From Octopus sinensis (lineage: Eukaryota), in assembly GCF_006345805.1 (NCBI RefSeq), contig NC_042999.1, positions 134,478,001 to 134,542,000 of the forward strand: 64,000 bases of DNA. The letters are read 5' to 3'. Position numbers and translations under genes: made by a program. The notes below the pieces were generated by a model, which was given only the letters and a program-made list of their open reading frames with translations, did no database searches and was not told where the DNA came from. Below, piece after piece: positions 13,381 to 26,549 of this stretch. Positions within the stretch are counted from its first letter, which is position 1, and every line of letters starts with the position of its first letter.

Positions 13381-13964
13381 ACACACATACACACACGCAC
13401 ACACACATACATACACATATATAAACAAAACGCATATATAAACAGAACGATGAATATATATATATATAGTCTTTCTTTCCTCTCTCAGTATGTATGCGTG
13501 TGCGTGTGCATGTATGTATGTATGTATGTATGTATTTATGTATGTATGTATGTATGTATGTATGTATGCATGTATGTATGTATGTATGTATGTATACATC
13601 TGCCAAGATACTAATGGGCAAAATGATGTAGAAAACTGACCCTTTTAGACTTTAGAGTTTAGCACAAATGGCTGTAGCAACGCCTTTTGTGATTGCTGAC
13701 CTGTCACGGTTGACCAAAGATTTGAATAAATTTTGCTGTGACTCTGATTATGGAGCTAGCTTAACACAAAATAAAGATTTGATTTGAAAAAATTAATTGG
13801 GCAAGAAACATTACTTGAAGGTGAAGTTAACTTTGACGGGTTTGGTAAAGAGATGTATATAGGAGATTATCATTCACCTATATGTTGTTTCACTTTTAGT
13901 CAGTTCTGAACTTTCATGCTCTACCCCACTCTCACTCTCATTCCCTCTATATCTCTCCCTCCCG

Positions 13965-14002
<38 letters not shown>

Positions 14003-14053
14003 TCTAACTTTTTGCCCTATGTTATTATCATTATATCCATATTATATATATAT

Positions 14054-14084
<31 letters not shown>

Positions 14085-14471
14085 TATATATCCCCCCACC
14101 AAAGAAAATAACGAAGAAAAAAAACATGAAAAAAGAACAACACGCGGACGTGGTACATGCAAAGTATTAGCAAACGTTCAGGGAAGGAAAGATAGGTAGT
14201 TTTATATTTCGAGCAAAAATCTTCTTCAGGAACAGGAGATAGAAGAAAGTCCAAGAGAATATTATTATATATTATATATGTGTGTGTTGTGTGTGTGTGT
14301 GGTGTGTGGTGTGTGTGCGTGTGTGGTGTGTGTGTGTGTGTGGTGTGTGTGTTGTGTGTGTGGTGTGTGTGTTGTGTGTGTGTGTGTGTGTGGTGTGTGT
14401 GTGTGTGTAGAATGTGTTTAATTTGCCCACTCAAACACACACACACACATCTATGTATATTATTCAAAACA

Positions 14472-14622
14472 GTTTGATTCGGATTTCGTACTACTTCATG
14501 TTTCGAACGCCCTAACAGAGCCTTCCTCGTCAGGCTGGTAATAATCCGATTATTACCAGCTTGACGCGAAAGGCTCCGTCAGGGCCTTCGAAACTTGAAG
14601 CGGCACGAAATCCGAATCAAAC
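14472..14622. repeat. 151-bp near-palindrome with hammerhead-like cores in both arms
   Basis: GTTTGATTCGGATTTCGT...GCTGGTAATAATC-C-GATTATTACCAGC...ACGAAATCCGAATCAAAC. Confidence 0.8.
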
Positions 14623-14737
14623 CATCTTCAGTAATTCCCAAAAACCCAATACATGTAACTCCCAATAAATGCATAGAGTGGTCTTTCTTTCGTTTGTCTA
14701 CACACACACACACAACACACACACACACACACACATT

Positions 14738-15128
14738 TACGTTCTGAGTTCAAACGCTGTCGAGGTTGACTTTGACTTTCATTTTTTCGGTATCACTGTC
14801 AATAAAATAAGTACTAGTCTAGTTCTAGTGTTGGTGTAATCTACTTACTCCTCCCCCTATATTATTGGTCTTGTACCAAAATTTGAAACCGTAGTTTTTA
14901 TTGCTGTTATTAATGCTGTTGTTGTTGTTGTTGTTCTTCTTCTTCTTCTTCTTCTTCTTCTTCTTCTTCTTCTTTGTTTTTGATCCTTTCGGGGCTAACA
15001 AAGTCGACTTTGTTTTTGATCCTTTCGGGGCTAACGAAATAAGTACCAGTTAAGACCTGGAGTCAATGTAATCGACTAGCGCCCTCCCCATACCCATAAT
15101 TTCAGGCCTTGTGACTATAGCCGAAATT
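14738..15128 (+). mobile_element. Two degraded SINE family B fragments separated by (GTT)n/(CTT)n
   Basis: ACGTTCTGAGTTCAAA B box at about 14740; GTCGACTTTG..AAGTACCAGT..GGCCTTGTG tail at 15003-15128. Confidence 0.65.
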
Positions 15129-15481
15129 TCATCACTTCGTCATACTTTAGTGAGTAAATCCTTAAAATCCTTAAAAATGTTTTAGCCCGAAGGCCGCGGT
15201 CATGCTGGGGCACCACCGCTGAATGAGCTACACTAATATGTGAATCCACCTCTGATATGTGACCCTTGATCAACAAGGGAGTTCGATGCTGCTGCCCGCA
15301 TCTGCGTCTCCTGTCGTGAGGTAGGTTCATCTGGGACTCCCGACAAGAAGAGATCCAGTTTAGTTTTAAAGAAACCCACATCCACACCATATAAGTCTCT
15401 CAGGCATTTAGGGTGGATGTTAAAGAGCTGTGGTCCTCTGAAACCGATGGTGATGTTGGAATCTTTTGCACCATGCAGTGG

Positions 15482-15581
15482 NNNNNNNNNNNNNNNNNNN
15501 NNNNNNNNNNNNNNNNNNNNNNNNNNNNNNNNNNNNNNNNNNNNNNNNNNNNNNNNNNNNNNNNNNNNNNNNNNNNNNNNN
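15482..15581. other. Assembly gap (100 N)
   Basis: Run of N. Confidence 1.
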
Positions 15582-16464
15582 TTTGATGTGAATATTTGGC
15601 AGGAAAGTTTCTTACTTGTATGTACGATATAGCTGTTCGAGTCGTGATGTTTACAATTTTCATGTTTGCATTAAAATTTACATATCACATCGGTCATTTG
15701 TTTTGAGGCTTGCAGATTTATGCTTTCGTTGAAATGAGGATGGTTGCTTTTTTATTTCTTCTTTTTTTAGTTGCATGATACTTCCCAACTGGGGAAAGAG
15801 CTGCAACAAACATCATTAACAACCTATTCATATAGGGTATAAGATCGGGGAGGTCTGTAAATGCTGAGCGAGCTACGAGTTCTATTGTTCCAAATAAAAT
15901 ATAAAGATCTAAAGAAATACGAAAAATAGTTAATAGAAAAAATCTTTATATCTCAATACAGTCGAGTTTTCAGTATAACATTTCCTACATGCAGACACAC
16001 ACACATACACAATTGTACATATATGTATTTGTGTGTGAGCTGCGAGTGTGGATGATAGTATAAACACCAAACATACCACACCACACAACACACACAACAA
16101 AACACACACACACACACAATATATATATATTGATATATATATATATATATTATATTACATATACAAATTATAATATATATATATACACAAACACATGCAT
16201 ATATATATACATACATGCATATATATATACACACATGCATATATATATACACATGCATACATGTCCGCTTGTGTATATAAGTATGTATGAATGTATGTGT
16301 CTGTATATATGTATGCATGTGCGTATGTTTGCATGTCTGTATAAATATACATTCGCATGTATATGATCTTTCATAATAAACTTTTAAAAAACCATGCGTT
16401 ATGTGGTGGGGAAGGAGAAGAGAGAGAGCGAGGAGGAGATGAGGAGAGAAGAGAGAGAGAGAAG

Positions 16465-16519
<55 letters not shown>

Positions 16520-16549
16520 CTATTTGTTCGTTGGAGGAACATCTTCAAA

Positions 16550-16725
16550 TTAAAAAGCTATATTTAAAGAGCTGCTGAGACAGGCAGATGTAAAAAAGGA
16601 AGATTTCTAAGTAACATGTCGCTGTAACCTTAGTATAAATCAAACAGCAGACAGAAGTTGTGGCGGCGATACATCAAAATACTGTAGTAATAGGATGGGA
16701 GACTGATGGTGGGTGATTTACTCCA
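16550..16725 (+). pseudogene. Old LINE RT fragment (RTE-like), paralogous to 26095-26270
   Basis: AIFKELLRQADVKKEDF..L.INQTA resembles the RTE DLRII.NLYWNQTA region; DNA is colinear with 26095-26270. Confidence 0.35.
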
Positions 16726-16747
16726 TTGCATTAACTATAACTATAAT

Positions 16748-16953
16748 AATGCTTTCAAATTTTGGGACAAGGCCAGCAATTTCGGGGAAGCGGGCAAGTC
16801 GAAATCAGTGTTTTACTGGTATTTATTTTAAAGACCCCGATTGAATGGAAGGCAAAGTCGATCCCGGCAGCATTTGATGTCAGAACGTAAAGACGGACGA
16901 AATCCCGCTGAGCAATCTGTCCGACGTGCTAAGCATTCTGTAAGCTCGCCGCC
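16748..16953 (-). mobile_element. SINE family B, diverged, tail subtype 2
   Basis: Head GGCGGCGAGC on minus at 16953. Confidence 0.75.
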
Positions 16954-17344
16954 TTAACTCTAATAATAATAACATAAGCTCAAGGCCGTACATTTTTAAG
17001 GTTGAAGGCAATCGAATAAATCTACCTTATTATTTGACTAATATTTACTTTATCAGTCCCGCTGGCCTAGAAGTCGAAGGAGATGGGATTTGATCTTAGG
17101 ACGTAGAGATGTAATTTTAATTTGGTATGGCCTGACTCTCAACCAATTTTACCATTTCAAGATCATTCTTAATAATAATTCCTTAGAAAGGCACACGGCC
17201 ATTAATCGGTCTCAGCTATCGACACATTTTATCGATTCCAGAAGTCCGAGAAGCGAAGTTTATTCGACGGAATTTGACATCAGGATATAAATAACCGGAA
17301 GAAATACCGCTAGGTCTTTTGCTTGATGTTCCAACGAGTTTACC

Positions 17345-18965
17345 AATTCATCAGGACTTCGAAACAGATCTGCTGAAGCTTATAAACAAAACCAAATTTC
17401 TTAAGTCCTCTAACACATTTCAATAGAAACTGAAAAAAGACATTAAAAACATTAAAAATTCCCCTCAAAAAAGGGATCTTTTTCTCATAAAACCAAGAAC
17501 TTATACCTTGTAGAGAACAGCACATACAACTCCTACATAACAATGTTATTAGTAATTATACTAAAGCTAGACCACAAGTTTATAACGACATTAATAAAGA
17601 AGCCAGTATCATCTCCGCTAGGTTTAAATTAGATAAAAAAGATAAGAGATCCTTCCAAAGAAAGAGGACTTTATAACTATTAAGGATCATAAAAAGAACA
17701 TACCTAATCCTAAATGCAGACTAATTAACCCTGCAAAATCAGAAATTGGTATAATTAGTAAGGAAATTTTAAGAAAAATCAATGCTAAAGTTAGAGGGGC
17801 AACTAATTTAGTACAATGGTCCAATAGTATAGAAGTTGTTAACTGGTTTAAAGCAATTAGAAATAAGAATAAAGCAAGATTTACACAATTTGATATTGTA
17901 GATTTCTATGCATCTATTTCTAGAAAACTGCAAGCGGTTTTACAGAGATTAGTGAACAAGATAAGGATATAATCCTCCATGCTAGAAAGACCTTACTCTT
18001 CAGCGAGAAGACGGCTGGCACATAGGGTTCTTTCGATGTGAGCATAGGGTTATATGATGGAGCAGGCATATGCGATTTCATTGGGCTATTCCTGCTTGAC
18101 ACGTTAGGAAAAAGCCTTTCCTGGTGTATATTTTGCTATTTATAGAGATGATGCTCTAGCTTTAGTTAAGAACACCAATGGACCAGCACAAGATCGGTTA
18201 AGGAAGGATATTATCCATCTTATAAAAACATTCGATCTTAGCATAACAACAGATACCAACCTGACGGTTGTCAATTTCCTTGGAGTATCTCTAGATTTAT
18301 AAAAGAACGTTTACAAACTCTATAGAAAGCCCAACGATAGACTTAGTTATATTAATGTAGGTTCCTGTCTCCACCCCACCCCCATAGTGTTTAAGAATTT
18401 AGTTAAGAATATTAGTAGGAGAATTTCTAGCCTCTCTTCCAATATAAAATTATTTAATAACGCTGCCCCACTATAAAAGAAAGCCCTTAAAGCTAGTGGA
18501 TTTAAAGATGAAATGGCTTACACACCTGCTATTAGGCCAGAAATAAAGAAAAGAAAACATAGGCAAAGGAAACTTATCTGGTTCACATTCCATTACTCCT
18601 CCTAAGTGACCCTGAATATAGGTAAATATTTCTTGTCACTTATAGATAGACATTTTCTAATTCCTCATAAATATAGGAAACTCTTTGATAAGCATAACTT
18701 AAAAATTAGTTTTAGTTCAACCCCAAAATTTAAAAATTACACACAATGCAAAACAACAACACGAAGCCGGCCGTTCCTGCAGAGATAAAAACTTGTGTCT
18801 GCTAAATGGAGCCTGTATGACCGAGGCCATTATTTATGAAACCACCGTCAATTCTATGAAAGCTAATAATAGAGTTTCATCACAAGAGATTTGCGGGTCT
18901 CGCGGAGGGAAATTTCAAAGCAAGGTTCAACAACCACACCTTAAGCTTCAGGCACTGGAATAATA
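17345..18965 (+). mobile_element. Decayed Penelope-like element (RT + GIY-YIG endonuclease)
   Basis: Frameshifted translation gives FETDLLKLI..KF, CRLINPAKSEIG, FDIVDFY.SI, FDVSIGLYDGA, YRDDALA, NFLGVSLDL, YRKPN, IWF..P.S..V..NIGKYFL.LID.HF and FKARFNNH..SFRH. Confidence 0.85.
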
Positions 18966-19035
18966 AACGAAAAACTACCAATTATACACGTACATGCGAG
19001 AGTGTGAATGTATATATATATATGTCTATATATAT

Positions 19036-19079
<44 letters not shown>

Positions 19080-19260
19080 TAATAATAAATATTAGGGAAT
19101 AAATCCAAATTTACAGGGAAAAATCAGATTTAGGATTGAATCCAATTATAGTAAAATATAATATAATATAATTAGAGACAAAACCACTATTATGCAAATC
19201 AAACAAGAAAACTTAATCCAATACATAAAAAATTTTATAAAATTAAATATAATTAAATAT

Positions 19261-19306
19261 CCACTACGATCGTTTCTTGTCACTTCTATTGACATTCATC
19301 AGGTGG
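19261..19306 (-). ncRNA. Type I hammerhead ribozyme motif
   Basis: Minus: CCAC-CTGATGA-A-TGTCA(ATAGAAG)TGACA-A-GAAA-CGATCG-TA-GTGG; stem I CCAC/GTGG, palindromic stem III, GUA cleavage site. Confidence 0.8.
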
Positions 19307-19330
19307 TTTCAAGACCTTCTTGCCAGTTTT

Positions 19331-19376
19331 AAACCTGATGAATGTCAATAGAAGTGACAAGAAACGATCGTAGTGG
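19331..19376 (+). ncRNA. Hammerhead copy with truncated stem I (second IR arm)
   Basis: Same core, but the 5' strand of stem I is AAAC instead of CCAC. Confidence 0.55.
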
Positions 19377-19469
19377 ATATCTTAATTATATTTAATTTAT
19401 ATAAAATTTTTTATGTATTGGATTAAGTCTTTCTTTGTTTGATTTGCATAATAGTGGTTTTGTCTCTAA

Positions 19470-19508
<39 letters not shown>

Positions 19509-20204
19509 TATATACGTATATTTATATGTATAAATGTCTAAATATATATGTAAGCATGCAGACACCCATGTGTATATGAGAATGAAGTTGCCTGTACATA
19601 TACATCTATATATATTTCGAAATTTCGAGTACTCTAATGACAACTTACTGTTTGTCCTAAATTACACACACACACACAACACACACACACACACATAGAC
19701 ACACACACACACACACATAGACACACACCACAACACACACGCGCGCATATATATATATATATATAATGATATTGATTTCTTTATTTGTCGACAGTTGATG
19801 AGATGACCTTAGAAGAACAAATCACAATAATAAGTTTTAACATAAGTTCTGAAGGTAAAACTAATTACAATAACTAAATGAGATATGAGGACTGGAAATA
19901 CAAAGTTTCGAGCACTTTTCTCTGTTCAGAGGAAAAAAATTTTGAGGCATATGTCAGGGTTGTTAAGAAGCAAACCTCCATCCATAAGACAAGTTTCCGA
20001 GAAAGCTGGATTTTTAACTTCTTAACAGCTGATCAATTGATTGGAATTTATTTTCATCTACAAAATTTTATGGATTAACTTTTGCTGATACACTTCTATC
20101 GGTTTTCCCTAGATTCTCGGTTATACTTCTTCAGTGCTATTTGTTGACTTCAATGAACGAACGGAAAAGTTGAAAACTGCAGGAGATATATGGAATATTG
20201 GTAA

Positions 20205-20375
20205 CAAATTTTGGCACAAGGCCAGCGACTTTGGAGGAAGGGCTAAATGGATTACATCGACCACAGTGCTTATCTGGTACTTACTTTATCGACCCCAAAA
20301 GGATGACAAGCAAAGTCGACCTTGACGGAATTTGAACTCAGAACGTACCGACGGACGAAACGCCGCTAAATATTT
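20205..20375 (-). mobile_element. SINE family B, tail subtype 2
   Basis: B box GAGTTCAAATTCC and tail hairpin TGGC-CTTGT-GCCA on minus. Confidence 0.75.
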
Positions 20376-20439
20376 TGTTGCCTCAAAGATATGAAATATT
20401 CTAAAAAATTTAATCAACCACACACCATCTCTCTCACCC

Positions 20440-20780
20440 CTCCAAAGTTTTCCATGTGTATTATGATTTTCTACTCGAAAATTTGACTAGATTGAAGAAA
20501 AATAATTTTTAAAAAACCAATAAAACCGAAACAGAGTCGGAAGTTTACGCCAATTTTATTTATTTATTTTTAGTGCCGTGGGAAAAAGGTACGGGTTATC
20601 ATAGTCGTGTCTTATGTGATAAGTTTATTTGACTGATGCAGACAACAACAGCTCATACGTCCTGTTCGGAAGTTGACAGGCAGTGAAATGTTTACTTACC
20701 TACTGACAACTATACTTCAATACAAATTTAAGGACATTTACTAATGAAAGTAACATGCTCTCAACTTCTGATTGTTTTGT
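20440..20780. repeat. Unclassified interspersed repeat (related to 28085-28400)
   Basis: Shared blocks TCGGAAGTTTAC, TTTAGTGCCGTGG.AAAAAGGTA, TGATAAGTTT.TTTGACTGATGCA. Confidence 0.6.
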
Positions 20781-21091
20781 TTTTTAAAGATACGTTTGGC
20801 TAATAATACATACAATCTTTAGTTAATCATAAATGTTAAGCTAGCTATTGCATTACACTTGGCTTTAATCTCATACTTAAAATCTGTTATGCCGGGATTA
20901 ATTTGGGACAGTTTGGGACATGGGTTTTAATTTCTTGTTGACAAAATACTTAAAATAACACTGAAGAACTTAAATCATAGAACGTAACGAATTTTTCGTT
21001 AGACAGATAATAAATTCAAGCTGATTAATTACAAAACATAGTCTTCGAAACAGTTTCAATCGTTGATGTTGGATAAACTTGCCATACATTC

Positions 21092-21318
21092 CACGAGCTG
21101 GCAGAACCGTTAGCACGCCGGGCGAAATGTGTAGCCATATTTCGTCTGCCGCTACGTTCTGAGTTCAAATTCCGCCGAGGTCGACTTTGCCTTTCATCCT
21201 TTCGGGGTCGATTAAATAAGTACCAGTTACGCACTGGGTCGATGTAATTGACTTAATCCCTTTATCTGTCCTTGTTTGTCCCCTCTATGTTTAGCCCCCT
21301 GTGTGCAATAAAGAAATA
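21092..21318 (+). mobile_element. SINE family B, full length, Tx1-like tail
   Basis: A-box-like GCTGGCAGAA, B box GAGTTCAAATTCC, tail TGTCCTTGTTTGTCCCCTCT...AATAAAGAAATA. Confidence 0.9.
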
Positions 21319-21964
21319 CATACATTCCAATACCCATTCAGAAATGTATGCCAGTCACACGGTTCTTTCTTTTTATTTATTCATACATTTATTGTCTCTT
21401 CTATCATCAGAACTGAAGCCGTACGAGAAACAATGAATTTGAAAGATTCAATATAAGTAATGATTCATTACATTGGTACAAAAACAAAAAGTATGAAGAG
21501 GCAAGATAAGGTGCCATCAGTCTAAGGAGGTGGCAGAAAAAAGGTACCGGGTCAATCTGATGCAAGAAGAAGAAGGTTGTACGTGATAAAAGTAATCATA
21601 AAATTAGAATTCAGAACATTAAAAAGTTAAATTGAAAAATGTTTTGAAATTCTAGCATTGGTTATATGTGCAGTAGCATGTGTCTGTATCCGCTTGTTCA
21701 TATATATACCCACACACATATACATGTGTGTGTGTGTACAAAAGTGTACACATCTTGCTCGGTCTTTCGAGCCCAGTTAGCTTCCACTATCAATATGAAT
21801 ATTACATTATTATACTATCATATATGTGTTCTTTTAAATTTCTGAAGTTTTGGGATGGTTTTAGATGGCAACAAGCGAGGATCCTCTGACAATCATGCTT
21901 TATGATTGAATTTCCCAGGCAATTCCACCATCGCACCAAAAATATCAGAAGGGTTCTAAGAACA

Positions 21965-22756
21965 GGTGATCAAGCGCGTGATAGGAAAACGGACAAGAAT
22001 GAAATACAAAGAGAGCACGTCAGACGAGTTGAAGACAACCCCGTGCACGGCCAATTTTGGTGAGCACTGAGGACGTATATGGAAAAAAAATCCCGGGCTT
22101 CGTTAAAAAAGGGACAATTAAAAAAAGAAACAGAGAGCTTAATTCTAGCAGCCCAGGATCAAACGATAAAAACAAGCAACTTGAAAAAATATACATATGG
22201 AAAGAACGTGTCAGAAAAATGTAGAGTCTGTGGAATTTGGAACGAGACAGTAGCATACATTGTGACAGAATGCCCCAAGTTGGCACAGGGAGAATATAAG
22301 AAATCGAGGCACAACCAGGTTGTGAAAGTTTTACACTGGAAACTGTGCCAGAAATTGGGATTTGAAGCTGGAAATACATGGTAAATCACCGAATCGAAAG
22401 AGTACTGGAGTTGGAGAAATGTAAGAATTTGTGGGACCTACCTATTCAAACGGACAATAAATTAGAAAATAATAGACCGAATATAACAATTATAAATAGG
22501 GAAAAGTGAAGTTGCTTACTGATCTACCCATCATGCCCGTTTCAGTTCAGGATCGTAAAGAAAGAGGACGAAAGTGCCTATGATAACTGGTGCGTTGGGA
22601 ACAGTAAGCAAAGATATAAACAAATGGCTGAAGGAGATTGGAATAGAATGCCCAGTCGAGCTTCTACAGAAAGTTTGTCTCTTAGGAACAGCAAGGATTG
22701 TCACGAGGGTACTAAGCACTTGTAAGATAGCTGAAAACTTGTGGATACCTAAGTAA
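21965..22756 (+). pseudogene. R4/Dong-clade (RLE) LINE 3' fragment
   Basis: LKKETESLILAAQDQ, CRVC..ETV.YIV.ECPKL, RHNQV...LHWKLC, NRP.I, GALGTV...LQKVCLLGTARI. Confidence 0.85.
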
Positions 22757-22777
22757 TCCGCTACGAAATAAATCCTA

Positions 22778-22886
22778 CAGTTTCCGTCTACAAAATCCAC
22801 TCACAAGGCGTTGGTCGGCCCGAGGCTATAGAAGAAGACACTTGCCCAAGGTGCCACGTAGTGTGCCACACAGCTACTCCTGCGCC
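22778..22886 (-). mobile_element. SINE family A partial, B-box region deleted
   Basis: Head and CORE present with an internal deletion. Confidence 0.8.
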
Positions 22887-23641
22887 TATACTACTACTAC
22901 TACTACTACTGTATTTTTGTATGTACGTTTGTATACATTTATGCATTTGTCAGTGTGTCTAGCTATCTATACACATACACATGCACACATACATAAAAAA
23001 TATGTATGTATATGTATTTATATATTGTTCGTGTATATGTATTTATGTATGTACGTGTATATGAAAGATAATGGGTGTACGTATGTGACTAACTACAAAC
23101 ACATAGAGCTGAACACTATGCACAAAAAAATAAATAAAATTTTTTTACGGAAATTAACGAACAATCATATGATCAAATTTTGATGCTTTCAGGGTTATAG
23201 GGAAAGAATGACCGCCCATCACTACCACATACACACATTACACACCCATCTATTTTGATATATTGTGAAGTAACTACCGTTAAGTCATTGAACTTGTGCG
23301 TAGCTGATTGTTTCATCAAATTGGTCGCACATACGGCGTTCCGTCAAGTTATTCTACTCCAGAATATATAATCTCTGTTACTATCACGTAAAGAGACTGC
23401 TGATCTAACAAGATATTTACCAGGTCTTTTAGTCTCTTGTGTGTGACCGACTATAAGTTAAATTGTGAATTATTGATTTTGAGAAAGAAAAGGAATATTA
23501 ATACTTTAATTTAGAAACAGAATTAGAGTGTAAATATTTTTAGTAGTTCGAAACTTGAATAAATTTTTCTTCTTTAAAATAATGAAAATATATTGGAATA
23601 TGTATTTATCTTTTGTGAATAACATTCATATATTTAATTTC

Positions 23642-23850
23642 GGCGCAGGCGACGCTTTTTGATAAAAAGTTTGCTTCTCGACCACATGGTTTTAGATTCA
23701 TTTGTATATGTGTGTGTGCGTGCGTGTGTGTGTATGTGTGTGTGTGTGTATGTGTGTGTGTGTGTGTATGTGTGTGTGTGTGTGTCCGTGTCTGTATTCA
23801 TCCCCCACCACCGTCAGACAACCGGTATTGGTGTGCTTATGTCCGCGTGA
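23642..23850 (+). mobile_element. SINE family A, degraded
   Basis: GGCGCAGGCG head, (TG)n, partial tail. Confidence 0.55.
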
Positions 23851-24049
23851 CTAGAAAAATCAAACAAGCATCTAACGAACACTTATAGACTATTATGTGT
23901 GTGTCCGTCCCCGCATGTATGTATAAGTATATGCATATGTGTATGTGTGTGTGTGTGTGTATACATACAAGCATAAATACATACACGCGCGCGCGCACAT
24001 ACAAACACATATGCAAATGTTCTTATTGTTTGTCCGTGCATTTGTCAAT

Positions 24050-24730
24050 CCGACGGGGACCATCTAGTCATCCTGGAATGGTCGGGTCTTGTGAGAGCTC
24101 GGATGGCCTGTTAGTCTAGGCCGCACATGGAAGTGTTCTTTGGCGATGTGAAACATATTCAAGCAATCCTCTGAGATCTGATTGCATTTCTCTTTCTGCT
24201 GTTTTTGCATAACTCAGAGACAGTCACTCTGTTAACCTTACATGTCACGGCGCTCTTGGCGACTGCTTAAGGCCATTCTCCGCAATTCATCGCTGTCAGC
24301 TCCCATTTTTTTTATGGATGTTACTGAATACCTTCAATGAAGCTTTCCGTATGTCTTCGTAGCGCTTTTTTCTAGCCTTCTATGGAGCATTTATCATGCT
24401 AGATTTTTGACGTAGAAATGTTTCTTCGGGAGCTGGTGTTCTGGCATGCGAAACCATCTGACTAGTGCAGCTGTAAGTGCATCAGAATTGTCCGGATGCT
24501 GGGTTGGGCAGTTCACTAAAAGACAGTACCTCTGAGTTAGGAAATATGTCCGGCCACTCAACCCCAGGAATTTTCCTGAAGGCAAAGTTATGGAAATGAT
24601 TCAGCTTCTTTAAGTTCTGTTGGTAGCTTGTCAGTGCCTCACAGTCATAAAGATGTGTCGTGAGAACTATGATCCGGTACAACTTAATCTTTGTCTTTGG
24701 TGTGATACCTCTCCTGTTCCACTTCGGGCT
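24050..24730 (-). pseudogene. RTE/BovB-like LINE C-terminal fragment
   Basis: YRIIVLTTHLYDCEA, KKLNHFH, RKIPGVEWPD.FPNSEVL and RMPEHQLPKK match RTE VYRAVVLTTLLYGCETW..KKLNHFH..KWQD..PNTEVL. Confidence 0.8.
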
Positions 24731-24899
24731 TATCTTCCCTCATTCGTGCAGACGTGTCAATGCTAATCGCTGTCAAAGAAAGAAAAAATGAAATGGTAAG
24801 CTGAAAATATTCAGAGCGTATTGAATTGCCCTTCCCCCATCAATGATGAAGTTATCGACTGTCACCTTCAGGTTCCGATTGATAAGGTACTGGAAGATT

Positions 24900-25500
24900 T
24901 ACAAAAAAGCAATACGTCTGATTATCCCTAGTAAAGCATTTATTTCAGGCTCCATCCAAGCTGGGATCGACAAAGACGGTGCATTTGCTCTGACTGACAC
25001 GCTTCATGAACTGTTCCGGCTAATTGTGCGGCATGTGATTGTTCTTCAAGGTTTCAAATATGCATCAATTATCCACCAGATGTTTGCTACCAGACAGCTT
25101 CAAGAGAAATCTCATTAACAAAATACTGAACTGTATTCCACATGCATTGATCTAACAAGGGCTTTCGTCACTGCGGGTATATAAGGCCATTGAAGAATCA
25201 TAACAAAGTATGGCTGTACCAGAACATTTATTACCGTTGTATACAAAGGCATGCAGGCCAGAGTTCAAGACAACGGAAAGATATTAGAACCATTCTTTCT
25301 CCAACAGAGTGAAACTGGATTGTGTCATTGTTCCCGCCCTGTTCAACGTAATATCTTCAGCCAAATCGACAGACGCGTTTAACAATACATCTACCGGTGG
25401 CTCAGTCTTCTACCTCAGGAAACTTTAAGCACAGCCCAACGTTCCGAAAGGGAACGTAAATGACTTTCAGTTTATCGATCACTTTCACTTCAACTCTGCC
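24900..25500 (+). pseudogene. RTE/BovB-like RT N-terminal fragment, inverted relative to 24050-24730
   Basis: GF...HQMF..RQLQEKS, CIDLTRAF, KYGC..FI, GMQARVQDNG, VK..CV..PALFN. Confidence 0.7.
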
Positions 25501-26094
25501 TTCGAAGTGTACATGCAATAAGTTCTCTGATGCTTGTAACAATAAATGAATTTATAAAGCTATAAATCCTGTTTAGTATCGAACAATTTATTTCACTCAT
25601 TTACCATAATTAATTACCTACACAACTGATATTTCGATGTATTTTAGCTGTTTCTAATTGTCAAGTTACCCAGGACTGCAGATATTCTACGGGTATCGTT
25701 CTTGCATATATGATTGTCGCATCGCCATTTAGTCATCATTTCGCCAACCTCCGTGAGAATATAAAACTCTCTATATACACATACTAGAATGTATGCGTGC
25801 GCTTGTGTGTGTCTGTATATTTGTGTTAGTGCGATTGTGTATATGTGTGTGTGTATGCGTGCGTATTCCTCTGTGTGTGTATGCGTGGGTATTCCTGTGT
25901 GTGTGTGTGTGTGCACGCGCGTGTATATGTGCGTGTGTATGTGTATGTGTGTGTGTGTGCACGCGCGTGTATATGTGCGTGTGTATGTGTATGTGTGTGT
26001 GTGTATGTGTGTGTGTATGTGTGTGTGTGTATGTGTGTGTGTGTGCGTGCGTATTCCTATATATGCGTGTGTGATGAAAGAAAGTCATCAAGTT

Positions 26095-26270
26095 AGAAAG
26101 CTTTATTTAAAGAGCTGCTGAGACAGGAGAACGTTAAAAGGAAGATTTATTAGTGACATGTCGCAGTAACTTCTACATAAATCAGACAATAAACAGCAGT
26201 TGTGGCGGTGATACATCAATATGTTGTAATAAGAAGAAAGATGACTGATGTCAGATGATTTACTCTCTTG
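26095..26270 (+). pseudogene. Old LINE RT fragment (RTE-like), paralogous to 16550-16725
   Basis: ALFKELLRQ..EDLLVTCR..YINQT. Confidence 0.35.
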
Positions 26271-26549
26271 TATTAATTATAATAATATCTAACGTTGGCA
26301 TAAAGCGACACAGTTTTGAGGGTGGGAACAATTTTAATTGAATCTACCTTGGCAGATGATTGCAAAGTCGAAAGACGTAACAGCGTCACAAGATATATCA
26401 TGCAATTCTTAATAGATTCCATCTAACACTCTTTTCCTCTCTTCCTCGTTTCATTCACTGGATTGTGGCCTTACTGGGGCAACGCTTTGTAAAGTATATT
26501 CGGCCAATTATATCCCTGTATTTGTTTAAAGCCTGGTGCTTATTCTATC

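Larger units (their letters stand above)
19164..19477. repeat. Long inverted repeat (inverted PLE pseudo-LTR), 28-nt spacer
   Basis: Arms about 19164-19304 and 19333-19477, directly downstream of the PLE ORF. Confidence 0.9.

Noticed and set aside
16550-26270. Duplicated ~180-bp segments (16550 and 26095) as paralogous host exons
   Set aside because: Both contain stops or frameshifts, lack clear splice sites and resemble RTE RT sequence.
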